From positions 128,001-192,000 of the forward strand of contig CBDCGL010000011.1 of NCBI GenBank assembly GCA_965216755.1: a stretch of 64,000 bases of DNA. Reading direction: 5' to 3'. Below the pieces are notes generated by a model. The model made no database searches, had not been told where the DNA came from, and worked only from the letters and a program-made list of their open reading frames with translations. This stretch comes from Alphaproteobacteria bacterium. Its GTDB lineage: Bacteria; Pseudomonadota; Alphaproteobacteria; UBA7887. Numbering within the stretch: the first letter of the stretch is position 1; each line of letters begins with the position of its first letter. The position numbers and the translations under genes were made by a program. Positions 40,321 to 50,776 of the stretch are shown one piece after another.

Positions 40321-42768
40321 TCAGCTTTTCACCCGCTCGTGAGTCGCATCGTAGAATGGCCGACTGCTCGCCTTCGCAGAGAACTGGTCGCCGCCGAGTT
40401 CGATCGTGTAGGACGCGTCCTCGAACCAGGCCCTGTCGGCGCCGGCGGGCGTACGGACATATCCCATTCCGACTGACCGGCCGAGCGAGTATCCGAAGGA
40501 TCCGGATGTCGTCATGCCAACCAATTCGCCGTTCCTGAAGATCGGTTCGTCGTGCAACAATATGGGGTCGGGATCGTTCATCAGAAAATGCATCAGCCGC
40601 CGGGTTGGTCCTGCTTTTTTCAATCGTTCGAGGGCCTCACGTCCGATGAAATCGATTTTTTTCTTGAACGAGACCGCGAATCCGAGGCCCGCCTCCAGCG
40701 GCGTGTCGGCGGGAGTAATATCGTGACCCCAGTGGCGATAGCCCTTTTCGCTGCGCAGTGAATCGAGTGCATGGTAACCGGCGAGGCGGAGCCCATGCTG
40801 CGCGCCCTCGCGCATCAGAAGATCGAAAACCGGGCCGGTGAATTCGGTCTGCAGATATAGTTCCCAGCCCAGCTCGCCAACATAGGTGATGCGCAATGCG
40901 TGAGCCTTGGCGTAACCGATCTCGATTTCCCGGCACGTCCCAAACGGAAAAGCGTGGTTCGAGAAATCAGTGTCCGACAAACGCGACAAGAGTTGTCGCG
41001 CGTTCGGGCCCATTACCGAAAGCACGCCGTACCCGGAAGTAACATCTTCCATGCTAACTACCGCGCCGTCATCGAGATGGCGCCGGATCCAGTTGAAATC
41101 GCGCGCTTGCGAGGCTGCCGCAGTGACCACGAAATATCTGTCCTCGGCCAACCGCGTCACTGTCAGGTCGGCCTCGATGCCGCCACGATGATTGAGAAAC
41201 TGGGTATACACGACCTTGCCGATCGGCACCGCCACGTCGGCGGCGCAGATCCGTTGCAGCTGGCCCTCCGCGTCGCGCCCCTGAACGACCGCCTTGCCAA
41301 ACGACGACAAGTCGAACAGGCCGACCCGCTCGCGAACTGCCATATGTTCCGCGCCGACAGCGTCGAACCAGTTTTGGCGGCCGTAGGAATACTCATAATC
41401 GGCCTTGGTGCCAGCCGGCGCGTACCAATTGGCCCGTTCCCAACCCGCAGCCTCGCCGAAACAGGCATTGTACCGGGCGAGCCGGTCGTGCAGCGGTGTC
41501 TCGCGCACAGGACGAGCAGTCTTTACCTGCAAATGCGGCCAGTGCATGGCGTAGAGCAGGCCTAGGCTTTCCCGCGTGCGGTCGTGCAGATAGCGTCGGT
41601 TGACCTGGAAACGTTGGAATCGTGCGATATCGATTTCAGACAGGTCCAGTGTCGGGTGCCCCGCAACGATCCATTCAGCGAGCGCGCGGCCAACGCCCGC
41701 ACCGCTCAGAATGCCCTGCGAGTTGAAGCCGGCGCCGACAAAGAAATTCCGTAGCTCTGGCGCCTCGCCAACAATGAAGCGATTGTCCGGCGTGAAGCTT
41801 TCGGGACCGTTCATAAAATGCCGGATGCCGAGTCTTTCGAGCAACGGAATCATTTCCATCGCCCGGGTTAGGGGCGGTTCGAATTGGTCCCAATCCTCTT
41901 GAAGTTCGCCAAACTCAAACTTTTCGGGCAACGCGCTCAAGGGCAACGGCTTGGCGTCGGGCTCGAACGCGCCAACCAGCAATTTGCCGGCATCTTCCTT
42001 GACATACACCGTGCCATCAGTGTCGCGCAGAACCGGCAGATCGGACGGTATTTCGGGATCGGGCTCGGTCGTGACATACATGTGCTCGGCAGCGTAGAGC
42101 GGCACGTTCACGCCGGCCGTGGCACCAATTTCGCGCGACCAGATGCCGGCGCAGTTGACCGCAAATTCGCAGGCGACGGTTCCGTGATCGGTTTCGACGG
42201 CGGTCACCGCACCGTCGGCGGTTTGGAAGCCGATGACACGCACGCCTTCAACGATGCGCACGCCGGACTGGCGCGCGCCCTTGGCGAGCGCCATGGCCGT
42301 GTCGATCGGATTGGTCTGCCCATCGCCCGGAATAAAGCCGCCGCCAAGAATTTTGCTTTCGTCGAGCAGTGGATAAAGCGACTTGGCCTCGGCGGCGTCG
42401 ACCATGCGCGCTTCGACACCGAATACCTTACCGAGCGTAATCATCCGTGCGACTTCAGTTAAGCGTCCCGGCGTGCGCGCGATTTGCAGTGATCCATTTT
42501 GCTTGAAGCCCGTCTCTTGCCCTGTTTCGTCCTTCAACGCCGCATACAGGACCGGACCGTAGCGGCAAAGTTCCGTCATGGTGTGGGTGGCGCGGAGCTG
42601 CGTGACCAGACCGGCGGCGTGCCAAGTGGTTCCGCAAGTCAGTTTTCCGCGTTCGACAACGGTAACGTCACTCCAACCCAATTTGGCGAGATGATAAGCA
42701 ATCGAACAGCCGATAATGCCGCCGCCGACAATCACGACCCGAGACTGGGTGGGAAATGGTTCGGCCAC
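40321..42768 (-). CDS. GcvT-family FAD-dependent demethylase (sarcosine/dimethylglycine dehydrogenase-like)
   Basis: GGGIIG, GTTWHAAG, GPESFTPD, GWERANW, RITYVGELGWE, LRSEKGY. Confidence 0.92.
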   Translation of the reverse strand: MAEPFPTQSRVVIVGGGIIGCSIAYHLAKLGWSDVTVVERGKLTCGTTWHAAGLVTQLRATHTMTELCRYGPVLYAALKDETGQETGFKQNGSLQIARTPGRLTEVARMITLGKVFGVEARMVDAAEAKSLYPLLDESKILGGGFIPGDGQTNPIDTAMALAKGARQSGVRIVEGVRVIGFQTADGAVTAVETDHGTVACEFAVNCAGIWSREIGATAGVNVPLYAAEHMYVTTEPDPEIPSDLPVLRDTDGTVYVKEDAGKLLVGAFEPDAKPLPLSALPEKFEFGELQEDWDQFEPPLTRAMEMIPLLERLGIRHFMNGPESFTPDNRFIVGEAPELRNFFVGAGFNSQGILSGAGVGRALAEWIVAGHPTLDLSEIDIARFQRFQVNRRYLHDRTRESLGLLYAMHWPHLQVKTARPVRETPLHDRLARYNACFGEAAGWERANWYAPAGTKADYEYSYGRQNWFDAVGAEHMAVRERVGLFDLSSFGKAVVQGRDAEGQLQRICAADVAVPIGKVVYTQFLNHRGGIEADLTVTRLAEDRYFVVTAAASQARDFNWIRRHLDDGAVVSMEDVTSGYGVLSVMGPNARQLLSRLSDTDFSNHAFPFGTCREIEIGYAKAHALRITYVGELGWELYLQTEFTGPVFDLLMREGAQHGLRLAGYHALDSLRSEKGYRHWGHDITPADTPLEAGLGFAVSFKKKIDFIGREALERLKKAGPTRRLMHFLMNDPDPILLHDEPIFRNGELVGMTTSGSFGYSLGRSVGMGYVRTPAGADRAWFEDASYTIELGGDQFSAKASSRPFYDATHERVKS

Positions 42769-42887
42769 TAATTAACCTCCATTATCCAAACGGATTCGCC
42801 GAACTGCCTGTCTTGTGTCACCGGCGATAGCTTGTTGGAGCCGGCAAGCCGCAAGCCTTTGTTGGACAGAATTGCTTGCCGAAAACG

Positions 42888-42992
42888 AGATGATATCATG
42901 TTCACATGCATTCGCGTGATATGCCCTATCTACTTGGTATCGACGAACTTAACTTCGTTCAAACGACTCCAAATGAGCGAAGATCGATCAGG
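42888..42992 (+). repeat. Palindromic element, copy 3 (degenerate)
   Basis: TCACATGCATTCGCG..CCTATCTACTTG..TTAACTTCGTTCAAACGACTCCAAATGAGCGAAGATCGATC. Confidence 0.75.
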
Positions 42993-44031
42993 CGCGAGAT
43001 TTCTATCACATTGTAATTTCACGGACATAGCTTAACCCCCAGAGCCGTTCCGTAACGCTACCTTGAAGGACTGTGGCAAAATTAGCGCCGTCGCGCGGCG
43101 TCCAATCGATCCAGGCGTCCAGCCAAGCGCTGGCCTCTTGGGCGCCGACCGTAAGCGGGCGGTTGAGCGGAAAACCTTGGATCAGCGTCGGCGAGCCCTC
43201 GTCTCCACGCGTCGCGTCGTCAGCAACTGCGCCGCCCATGCGCGCAGTTTGCATGGAACACGCTGCCGGCGCGTGTTGGTGCAGCTATGACCCGCGCCGT
43301 GATATCTCTCAAGCGTTTGGCGAATTTCAAATGATTGATGCAATCCGCGGATCATCGAAATTCCCCAGGCTGCCTCGAATTCTGATCCGACATCTCCTGA
43401 ATCGGGTTGGCGCGGAAAGTCTTTGAAATTCGGGCTCGAACAGGGTCACATTAGGCATAATTCTGGGGATAGACCGATGAGAACAAAAATATTGTTATCG
43501 GCGGCTTGCGGGTTGGTGTTGGGGGTGGGCGGCGCAATCGCTCAAGATACCGTGACCTTCGCGTCGTGGGGAGGCGCCTATCAGAAGGCGCAGCGGGAAG
43601 CGCTACTGACACCCGCGGAGGAATTGCTGAATGTGAAGGTTCTCGAAGACACCCTGACCGGCCTGGCAGAGGTGCGCGCGCAAGTAAGAGCCGGTGCGGT
43701 GACATGGGATATCGTCGATCTTGAAATCGATGCTTGTGTCCGCGCCGCGCAAGAGGGGCTACTTGAGCCGATCGACTATGACATCGTGTCGAACCACGGG
43801 TTCGAGGAAGCCGCTTTCGCCGAACACTGGATCGGCGTGATCTATTTCTCCACCGTGCTTGCCTATTCGACCGAAGCTTACGGCGACAACCCACCTCAAT
43901 CTTGGGCTGATTTCTGGGACGTCGAGCGCTTTCCGGGTGCGCGCTCGATGCAGAAGGATCCGAGCGCCAATGTTGAGATCGCGCTGCTCGCCGATGGCGT
44001 GCCGCTAGACCAAGTGTACCCAATCGACCTA

Positions 44032-44865
44032 GGGCTTGTTGAGATTCATCGAGAATTGATGACCGCGGCGCATGCGTGAATCATGGAACAAAAGTTACGA
44101 TCTGTCTTTTCGCAACGCATGGCGACCGCTTTGAATTCCTTGAGCTTCGCAAAGAAGTTTTCGATCAGGTGGCGCCACTTGTAGATCTCCAGATCAATCT
44201 TGAGAGGGGCCAACCTCTGGGGGCGTTGCGAAATGACGATCTGCGCCCCGCGTTCATTCATCTCTTCGATGATCCAGTTGGAATCGAATGCTTTATCGGC
44301 CAGCACTGCGTCGAATTCGATGTCTTCGATTAGCGGCGCAACACCGACCGTATCGTAACGGTTTCCCGCCAGCAGGACAAAGCGTACGAGATTTCCCAAG
44401 CCATCCGTCAGCGCAAGGATTTTGGTGGTCCAGCCTCCCTTCGACTTGCCGATGGCTTGATTTTGAGTCCCCCTTTTGCGCCGTGTCCGTGGCGGTGGAC
44501 CGGAACAATGGTGGCGTCGATCATGGCATATTCCATATCAGGGTCATCCGAGACCGCGGCAAAGAGGCGTTCGAAAACGCCCGCCTTCGACCAATCGTCA
44601 AACCGCTTGAATACCGTGTTCCACTTGCCGAATTCTTCAGGAAGATCGCGCCAAGGACTGCCCGTCCGCGCCTTCCACAAAACCCCTTCGACAAACAACC
44701 GGTTGTTATCACCACTGCGGCCCGGATCAGTCCGCTTGCCTAAGCAATGCGGCTCCATCTTGGCCCATTGATCGTCTGAAAGTACTGTACGCGTCATCAA
44801 AGCCCCCAAAAGGAAGCTTGAATCACAAATACAACACCATGGGAATCCTAATTCTCAACAAGCCC
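44032..44865 (-). mobile_element. IS5-family (IS427 group) insertion sequence
   Basis: Terminal IRs GGGCTTGTTGAGA / TCTCAACAAGCCC; CTAG at both junctions (TA duplication). Confidence 0.95.
44046..44797 (-). CDS. IS5 transposase, two ORFs joined by a -1 frameshift
   Basis: OrfA LSDDQW..WRDLP..W.TV; AAAAGGGGG at about 44469-44477; OrfB GKSKGGWTTKI, LADKAFD, YKWRHLIENFF. Confidence 0.9.
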
Positions 44866-45367
44866 TAGACCGAGCGTTCATGAAACTGGACGAAATCAAG
44901 CCGTATGTGGACGTATGGTGGAGCTCGGGCGCCCAGTCCGCGCAGTTGATGAAAGACGGCGAGGTCGAAATGTCGACAATCTGGAACGGCCGTATGGACG
45001 CCGCCATGGCCGACGGGGCCGAGGGAGACTACACCTACAACGGCGGTATCGCTTCGTTGGACTGCTTGGCAATTCCTAAGGGGTCGCAGAACGTCGAGGT
45101 GGCAATGAAAGTTCTCGCTGCCCTAGTGTCTCCGGATCTACAGGCCAACATCCCCGCCCACATCAATTACGGTCCGACCAACAGCGGCGCGTTTGCGCTC
45201 GGCAAGATTACGGACCAAATGGCCTCTCGCAGCCCATCGGCACCGGAAAACCTGAAGAACCAGGTTATCGTCCAGGCCAACTGGTGGGCCGAGAATGGCG
45301 AGGTGCTGCAGGAGCGTTGGGACGCCTGGCTGATCGAGTGATCGACCTTGGTTAGGCCGTCGGTGCT

Positions 45368-46447
45368 ATGACCGACGCAAGATCGGTGCCGATCTCGATT
45401 TCGTCGGTCACCAAGAACTATCTGGAAGTGGTCGCGCTCGATTCAGTTGACTTGGACATCGAGAGTGGCGAGTTCACTACGTTGTTGGGGCCGTCCGGCT
45501 CCGGCAAGACGACGCTGCTGATGGTGCTCGCAGGTTTTACGCGTCCGACCTCGGGCACCGTCCGCATCGGCGGTGAGGACATCACCCGACTGCCGCCGCA
45601 CAAGCGCGATCTTGGGATGGTGTTCCAGAACTACGCGCTGTTCCCGCACATGACCGTCGGCGCGAACATCGCCTATCCGCTCAAAGTGCGAAAGACTGCC
45701 CGCGCCGAGATCGACGAGCGGGTGCGCGCGGTGCTCGACCTGGTCCAACTCGGACATGTCGCCGACCGTATGCCCAACGCTTTGTCCGGCGGCCAGCGTC
45801 AGCGCATCGCGCTCGCCCGCGCGATTGTTTTCGAGCCCCGGATTCTCTTGATGGACGAGCCGTTGTCAGCGCTCGACAAAAAGCTCCGCGAACACATGCA
45901 AATCGAGATCCGGCATCTGCACGAGCGGCTCGGTGTCACCACCGTTTATGTAACGCACGACCAGCGCGAGGCGCTGACCATGTCTGACCGCATCGCGGTG
46001 ATCAATGAGGGTCGAATCGTCCAGGTCGATACGCCGCAAAACCTTTACAGTCGGCCGCGCTCGTTGTTCGTCGCCGACTTCATCGGCGAGTCGACGGTGC
46101 TGCCGTTGAGCCGCGGCGATGATGCGTTGATGCTCGGAGACCAAGCCATCAAGACCGATCATCCGCTGCCGCGCGGTGAAAGCTTTTTGATCGCCAGGCC
46201 GGAAAAATTGGAGTTCGTCGACGGCGCCGCCGCGCCCGATCTCAACTTGCTCAAAGGCGTGTTGGAGGAGAAGATTTTTCAAGGCGAGGCCTTGTTAATC
46301 CGCGTGAAGCTGGACGACGGGACAATGGTCACTTCGCGCCGAGCCACCCGTCGCGAAGAGATCGAGGCCGTACCCGATATCGGCGCCGCGGTCACGTTAG
46401 GCCTGCGCGCCAGCGACACAATTATTGTTTCGCGCGACGTAGCGTGA
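45368..46447 (+). CDS. Polyamine-type ABC transporter ATPase (PotA-like)
   Basis: [33 protein letters not shown]. Confidence 0.95.
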   Translation: MTDARSVPISISSVTKNYLEVVALDSVDLDIESGEFTTLLGPSGSGKTTLLMVLAGFTRPTSGTVRIGGEDITRLPPHKRDLGMVFQNYALFPHMTVGANIAYPLKVRKTARAEIDERVRAVLDLVQLGHVADRMPNALSGGQRQRIALARAIVFEPRILLMDEPLSALDKKLREHMQIEIRHLHERLGVTTVYVTHDQREALTMSDRIAVINEGRIVQVDTPQNLYSRPRSLFVADFIGESTVLPLSRGDDALMLGDQAIKTDHPLPRGESFLIARPEKLEFVDGAAAPDLNLLKGVLEEKIFQGEALLIRVKLDDGTMVTSRRATRREEIEAVPDIGAAVTLGLRASDTIIVSRDVA

Positions 46448-46450
46448 CCG

Positions 46451-47317
46451 ATGGACAACGCCAAGGCACTTGCCGCGGACGCAAGCGGCGAACGGCGCCG
46501 GATTCTGGGCCTGTCCGCGCCGGCCACGTCCATCATAACGGTGATCGTGTTCTTGCCCACCTTGTGGCTGTTCGGCCTCTCGTTCGTAGAAGGTGAAGCC
46601 TTCAGCTTGGCGCACTACCAGCGCATGATCGACAGCACGGCATACTTCAAAATCTTTCGTCAAACTTTCGAGATCAGTATCGTCGTCACGGCTCTGGCAT
46701 TGTTGCTTGGCTACCCGCTGGCCTACTTGATGTCACAACTGCCGCGAGCCGCCGCAAATCTGTGCCTGGTGTTGGTTTTCATCCCGTTCTGGACGTCGCT
46801 GCTGGTGCGCACCTATGCATGGCTGGTGCTGCTGCAGCGCAAAGGATTGATCAATTCGTGGCTGCTCGACCTTGGCCTAATCGATACCCCGGTTAGACTG
46901 GTGCACAACTACACCGGAACAGTGATCGGTATGCTGCATATCATGCTGCCGTTCCTGATCTTGCCGACCTATAACGCGCTCAAGAGCATCGATCGGACTT
47001 ATCTGTTGGCGGCGGCGAATTTGGGCGCCACGCCGGTGCGCGCTTTTTGGACCGTGTTTTTCCCGCTTTCGATGCCTGGTGTCATCGCCGGGTCGCTTCT
47101 CGTGTTCATCCTCTGCCTCGGTTTCTACGTCACGCCGGCCTTGCTTGGCGGTGGCAAGGTGACCATGGTGTCTATGCAAATTCAGCAGAATGCGGGCCTC
47201 TATTTCGATTGGGGTGCGGCCAGCGCGCTCGGTGTTGTTCTGCTGGCGGTAACGGTCTTGTTGTTCCTGGTGATCGGCCGCACGCTGCCGATCGACCGAC
47301 TGATGGGCGGGCGCTGA
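46451..47317 (+). CDS. ABC permease (PotB-like)
   Basis: PFWTSLLVRTYAW, AAANLGA. Confidence 0.93.
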   Translation: MDNAKALAADASGERRRILGLSAPATSIITVIVFLPTLWLFGLSFVEGEAFSLAHYQRMIDSTAYFKIFRQTFEISIVVTALALLLGYPLAYLMSQLPRAAANLCLVLVFIPFWTSLLVRTYAWLVLLQRKGLINSWLLDLGLIDTPVRLVHNYTGTVIGMLHIMLPFLILPTYNALKSIDRTYLLAAANLGATPVRAFWTVFFPLSMPGVIAGSLLVFILCLGFYVTPALLGGGKVTMVSMQIQQNAGLYFDWGAASALGVVLLAVTVLLFLVIGRTLPIDRLMGGR

Positions 47318-47318
47318 C

Positions 47319-48122
47319 ATGCTGCGCGGCCCCGCGTCCGATACACAGATCACCCATTTCGGGCGGCTTTGGCTGTATGTTTTCGGCGTGCTCGCGCTGC
47401 TGTTCTTGCTTGGGCCGATTTTCATCGTCATTCCCATGTCGTTCTCCGACTCGAGCTATTTGCAGTTTCCGCCAGAAACCTGGTCGTTGCGCTGGTACGA
47501 TGAATTCTTTGGGTCCGACGAATGGTTGCTCGCGACCTGGATCAGCCTGCGCGCCGCGTTTCTCACCATGCTGGTCTCGACGCCGCTCGGGATTGCTGCG
47601 GCCTATGGTCTGCACTTTTCGGGCAGCCGGTGGGCAGCGGTCATGCGCCTGGCGCTGATCACACCGCTGATCATTCCCATCATCATCCTCGCGGTCGGCG
47701 CGTTTTATTTGTACGTCAACATAGGTTTGATCAACACCACGCTCGGATTGGTGCTCGCACACTCAGTACTGGCGATGCCGTTCGTATTGGTGACGGTGAA
47801 CGTCGGCTTTCAGCAGTTCGACACCCATCAAGAGATGGTCGCGCGCAGCCTTGGCGCATCAAGACTGCAGGCGTTCTTAACCGTCACGTTGCCGCAAATC
47901 CGCAATTCGGTGATCGCCGGCGCGCTGTTCGCCTTCATCGTGTCGTTCGACGAAGTGGTGATCGCCTTGTTCATCTCAAGCGGACCGAAATCAACGATCA
48001 CCCGGCGCATGTTCACGAGTTTGCGCGACCAGGTCGACCCGACCATCGCCGCAATCTCCACCATGCTTATCATTGCGTCGGTGATCCTGCTCGGCAGCGC
48101 GGCGCTGCTTCAGCGCAAATAA
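47319..48122 (+). CDS. ABC permease (PotC-like)
   Basis: VARSLGAS, SFDEVV, DPTIAAIS. Confidence 0.93.
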   Translation: MLRGPASDTQITHFGRLWLYVFGVLALLFLLGPIFIVIPMSFSDSSYLQFPPETWSLRWYDEFFGSDEWLLATWISLRAAFLTMLVSTPLGIAAAYGLHFSGSRWAAVMRLALITPLIIPIIILAVGAFYLYVNIGLINTTLGLVLAHSVLAMPFVLVTVNVGFQQFDTHQEMVARSLGASRLQAFLTVTLPQIRNSVIAGALFAFIVSFDEVVIALFISSGPKSTITRRMFTSLRDQVDPTIAAISTMLIIASVILLGSAALLQRK

Positions 48123-48141
48123 AACGAGCGACAGCCTGATT

Positions 48142-50574
48142 TTATGCCTTCAGGCGCTTATTCTCCGGATCGAACGGCGAGGGTTCGATGACCGTCGCAT
48201 GTTGGCGCGTGCCAAGAATATCAATTTCGAATCGCGTCCCGATCGCGGCATAGTCTGGCCGTACCATGCCTAGCGCCAGGCTCTTGCCAACGCGCCAGCC
48301 ATAGCCGCCGCTGGTCGCGCGGCCAATCAAAGCCCCTTTGGCGTAGAGCGGCTCGCTGCCCCGAGCGTCGGCATCAGTCACGCCTTCGACCTCTAGTGTG
48401 ACGAAGCGGTTGGCGAAACCTTTCCCGGCCCAGGTGCGCAACGCGTCGCGGCCGACGAAATCGCCCTTTTCAAAGTCGACGAAACGGTCGAGGCCGGATT
48501 CGAGTGCGGCATACTCGATCGATAATTCGCTGCCCCAGGCGAAATAGGATTTTTCCAGCCGCATCGAATCCATTGCGCGCATGCCGAAAGGCTTGATGCC
48601 GAATTCCTCGCCCGCAGCCATCAGCATGTCGAAAATCGCGTTCTGCATGGACATCGGATGGTGCAACTCCCACCCGAGCTCGCCAACATAGCTGACGCGC
48701 GCCACCCGTGCCCGCGCCGCGCCGAAATCGAGGAAGCGTTCGCTCATCCAGGGAAACGCCGCGCTCGATAAATCGGCGTCGGTCAACTTGGCCAAGACCG
48801 CGCGCGAATTCGGCCCGGCCAGCACCAAAACGCCCATGGATTCGGTCAGGCTTTCGAGGCGAACACGACCGTCTGCCGGCAAGGCCTTTTCCAGCGAGTC
48901 CAAGTCGTGGCGCTCACCACCGGCGGCCGAGACCAGATAGAACGCGTTCGACCCGTCACGCATTATCGTGAATTCCGACTGCACGCCGCCACTGGCCGAC
49001 AGGATATGCGCGAGCCTGACACGGCCGGGACCGGGCAAGCGGTTAGCGACCAAGCCGTCCAGCCAGGCTTCGGCACCGGCACCGCTGACTCGGGTCTTGG
49101 CGAAGGCGGTCAGATCGAGCACGCCCACGGTCTTGTGTACATTGCGGCACTCGGCGCCGACCGCGGCAAAGTCGTTGCTGCGCCGGAAGCTCAAGACATC
49201 GCGTGCTGCTGCGCCTTCCGGCGCGAACCAATTGGGTCGCTCCCACCCGTTCTTTTGACCGAAAACCGCGCCTAACGCTCTCATCCGACCATAGCACGGC
49301 GCCGTCTTCAATGGTCGCGCGGCAGGCTTTTCTTCATTCGGATAGGGGACCGCGTAAAGATCCGCATGCGCTTCGTGGTTCTTGAGTTTTAGGTAGCCAG
49401 GCGTCGCATAGGCACCGAAGCGTCTTGGGTCGACGCCAAGCATGTCGATCGAGGGTTCGCCCTCAACGATCCATTCCGCCAATTGCCAGCCGGCGCCGCC
49501 GGCGGCGGTGATGCCGAAGCTATGTCCTTCATTGAGCCAGAAATTGCGTAAGCCCCAAGCCGGCCCAATAATCGGGTTTGCGTCGGGCGTATAGGCGATC
49601 GGGCCGTTGATGACCCGCTTTATCCCCACCTCGGCGAAAGCCGGCACACGCGCGATCGCCGCTTCGATATGCGGCTCCAGTCGATCCAGATTGGGCTGAA
49701 ACAGATCGTTCTCCCAAGTCTCGGGCGGCCCGTGCTCGAAACAGATCGGCGCGTTCTCCTCGTAGATGCCAAGGACGAGGCCGCCGCGCTCTTCGCGCAT
49801 ATAATAGGATGCGTCGGGATCGCGAAAGACCGGCATCTCGGGCAAGCCAGCATCGTGTCGCGCCACAATATCTTGGTGCGGCTCCGTGATCAGATACTGA
49901 TGCTCGGCCGGCAGCACCGGCACATCGAGTCCGACCATCGCGCCGGTCTGGCGGGCGTGGGCGCCACTGGCGCTCACCACGTGCTCGCAGATGACGTCGC
50001 CCTGGTCAGTGTGGACCCGCCATTCACCGCTTGGCACCGCTTCGATGCGGACGACCTTGGTACCGCGATGGATTTCCGCGCCACCGTCGCGTGCGCCCTT
50101 GGCCAGGGCCTGAGAGAGATCGGCGGGCTGGATGTAGCCGTCGGCGGCATGGCGGATCGCGCCGATGATGCCGTCGCTTCGGGCAATTGGCCAGAGTTCG
50201 GTGAATTCGTCGGGCGTCAAAAACTCGGCTTCGACCCCGATGGTCGCCGCGATTCCAGCATAGCGCCGAAACTCGTCCATGCGATCGCGCGTTGTGGCGA
50301 GGCGTACATTTCCGACCTGGCGGAAACCGGTGTCCTGGCCGGTCTCGGCCGCCAGCGTCTTGTAGAGCGCGATGGAATACTTGTGTATCTGGCCGGCGCT
50401 GTAGCTCAGATTGTACAGCGGCAACAGGCCGGCAGCATGCCAGGTCGAACCCGAAGTCAGTTCCTTGCGCTCGCACAGCACGACATCTGACCAGCCTTTC
50501 TTGACCAAATGATAAAGCGTGCTGACGCCGACCACGCCACCGCCAATGACCACTACACGTGCATGCGTCCTCAT
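48142..50574 (-). CDS. GcvT-family dimethylglycine dehydrogenase-like flavoprotein
   Basis: GGGVVG, GSTWHAAGLLP, GPIAYTPD, GWERPNW, RVSYVGELGWE, MRLEKSY. Confidence 0.92.
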   Translation of the reverse strand: MRTHARVVVIGGGVVGVSTLYHLVKKGWSDVVLCERKELTSGSTWHAAGLLPLYNLSYSAGQIHKYSIALYKTLAAETGQDTGFRQVGNVRLATTRDRMDEFRRYAGIAATIGVEAEFLTPDEFTELWPIARSDGIIGAIRHAADGYIQPADLSQALAKGARDGGAEIHRGTKVVRIEAVPSGEWRVHTDQGDVICEHVVSASGAHARQTGAMVGLDVPVLPAEHQYLITEPHQDIVARHDAGLPEMPVFRDPDASYYMREERGGLVLGIYEENAPICFEHGPPETWENDLFQPNLDRLEPHIEAAIARVPAFAEVGIKRVINGPIAYTPDANPIIGPAWGLRNFWLNEGHSFGITAAGGAGWQLAEWIVEGEPSIDMLGVDPRRFGAYATPGYLKLKNHEAHADLYAVPYPNEEKPAARPLKTAPCYGRMRALGAVFGQKNGWERPNWFAPEGAAARDVLSFRRSNDFAAVGAECRNVHKTVGVLDLTAFAKTRVSGAGAEAWLDGLVANRLPGPGRVRLAHILSASGGVQSEFTIMRDGSNAFYLVSAAGGERHDLDSLEKALPADGRVRLESLTESMGVLVLAGPNSRAVLAKLTDADLSSAAFPWMSERFLDFGAARARVARVSYVGELGWELHHPMSMQNAIFDMLMAAGEEFGIKPFGMRAMDSMRLEKSYFAWGSELSIEYAALESGLDRFVDFEKGDFVGRDALRTWAGKGFANRFVTLEVEGVTDADARGSEPLYAKGALIGRATSGGYGWRVGKSLALGMVRPDYAAIGTRFEIDILGTRQHATVIEPSPFDPENKRLKA

Positions 50575-50776
50575 GCCTGCTTCCCCCACCGGGCGACTAT
50601 TTTCAGCGCGGCCAAGCCTTTTCGCTGAGCGACCGTATCACCGATCGGAAATGGATCGGAAAACAGTCAGCATCGCAATTGCACCGTGACGACCGTGCCC
50701 CAAGATGCAGCAGAGGCCAGTAAACAAGAGACCACATATGCCGTTGCAAGACCACAGTGCTGCCGGTGCCGACCAC

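Larger units (their letters stand above)
43477..45341 (+). pseudogene. Polyamine-type (PotD-like) ABC solute-binding protein gene split by IS5
   Basis: Removing 44033-44868 restores a 342-aa ORF reading VYPIDL-DRAFMKLDEIKP across the junction; signal peptide, ASWGGAYQ. Confidence 0.93.

Noticed and set aside
42769-42890. Glycine or THF riboswitch upstream of the GcvT-like gene; FMN riboswitch at the rib operon
   Set aside because: No conserved aptamer motifs were seen, and the rib genes are internal to an operon
44880-45341. Independent 153-aa gene
   Set aside because: It is the 3' half of the IS-interrupted solute-binding protein
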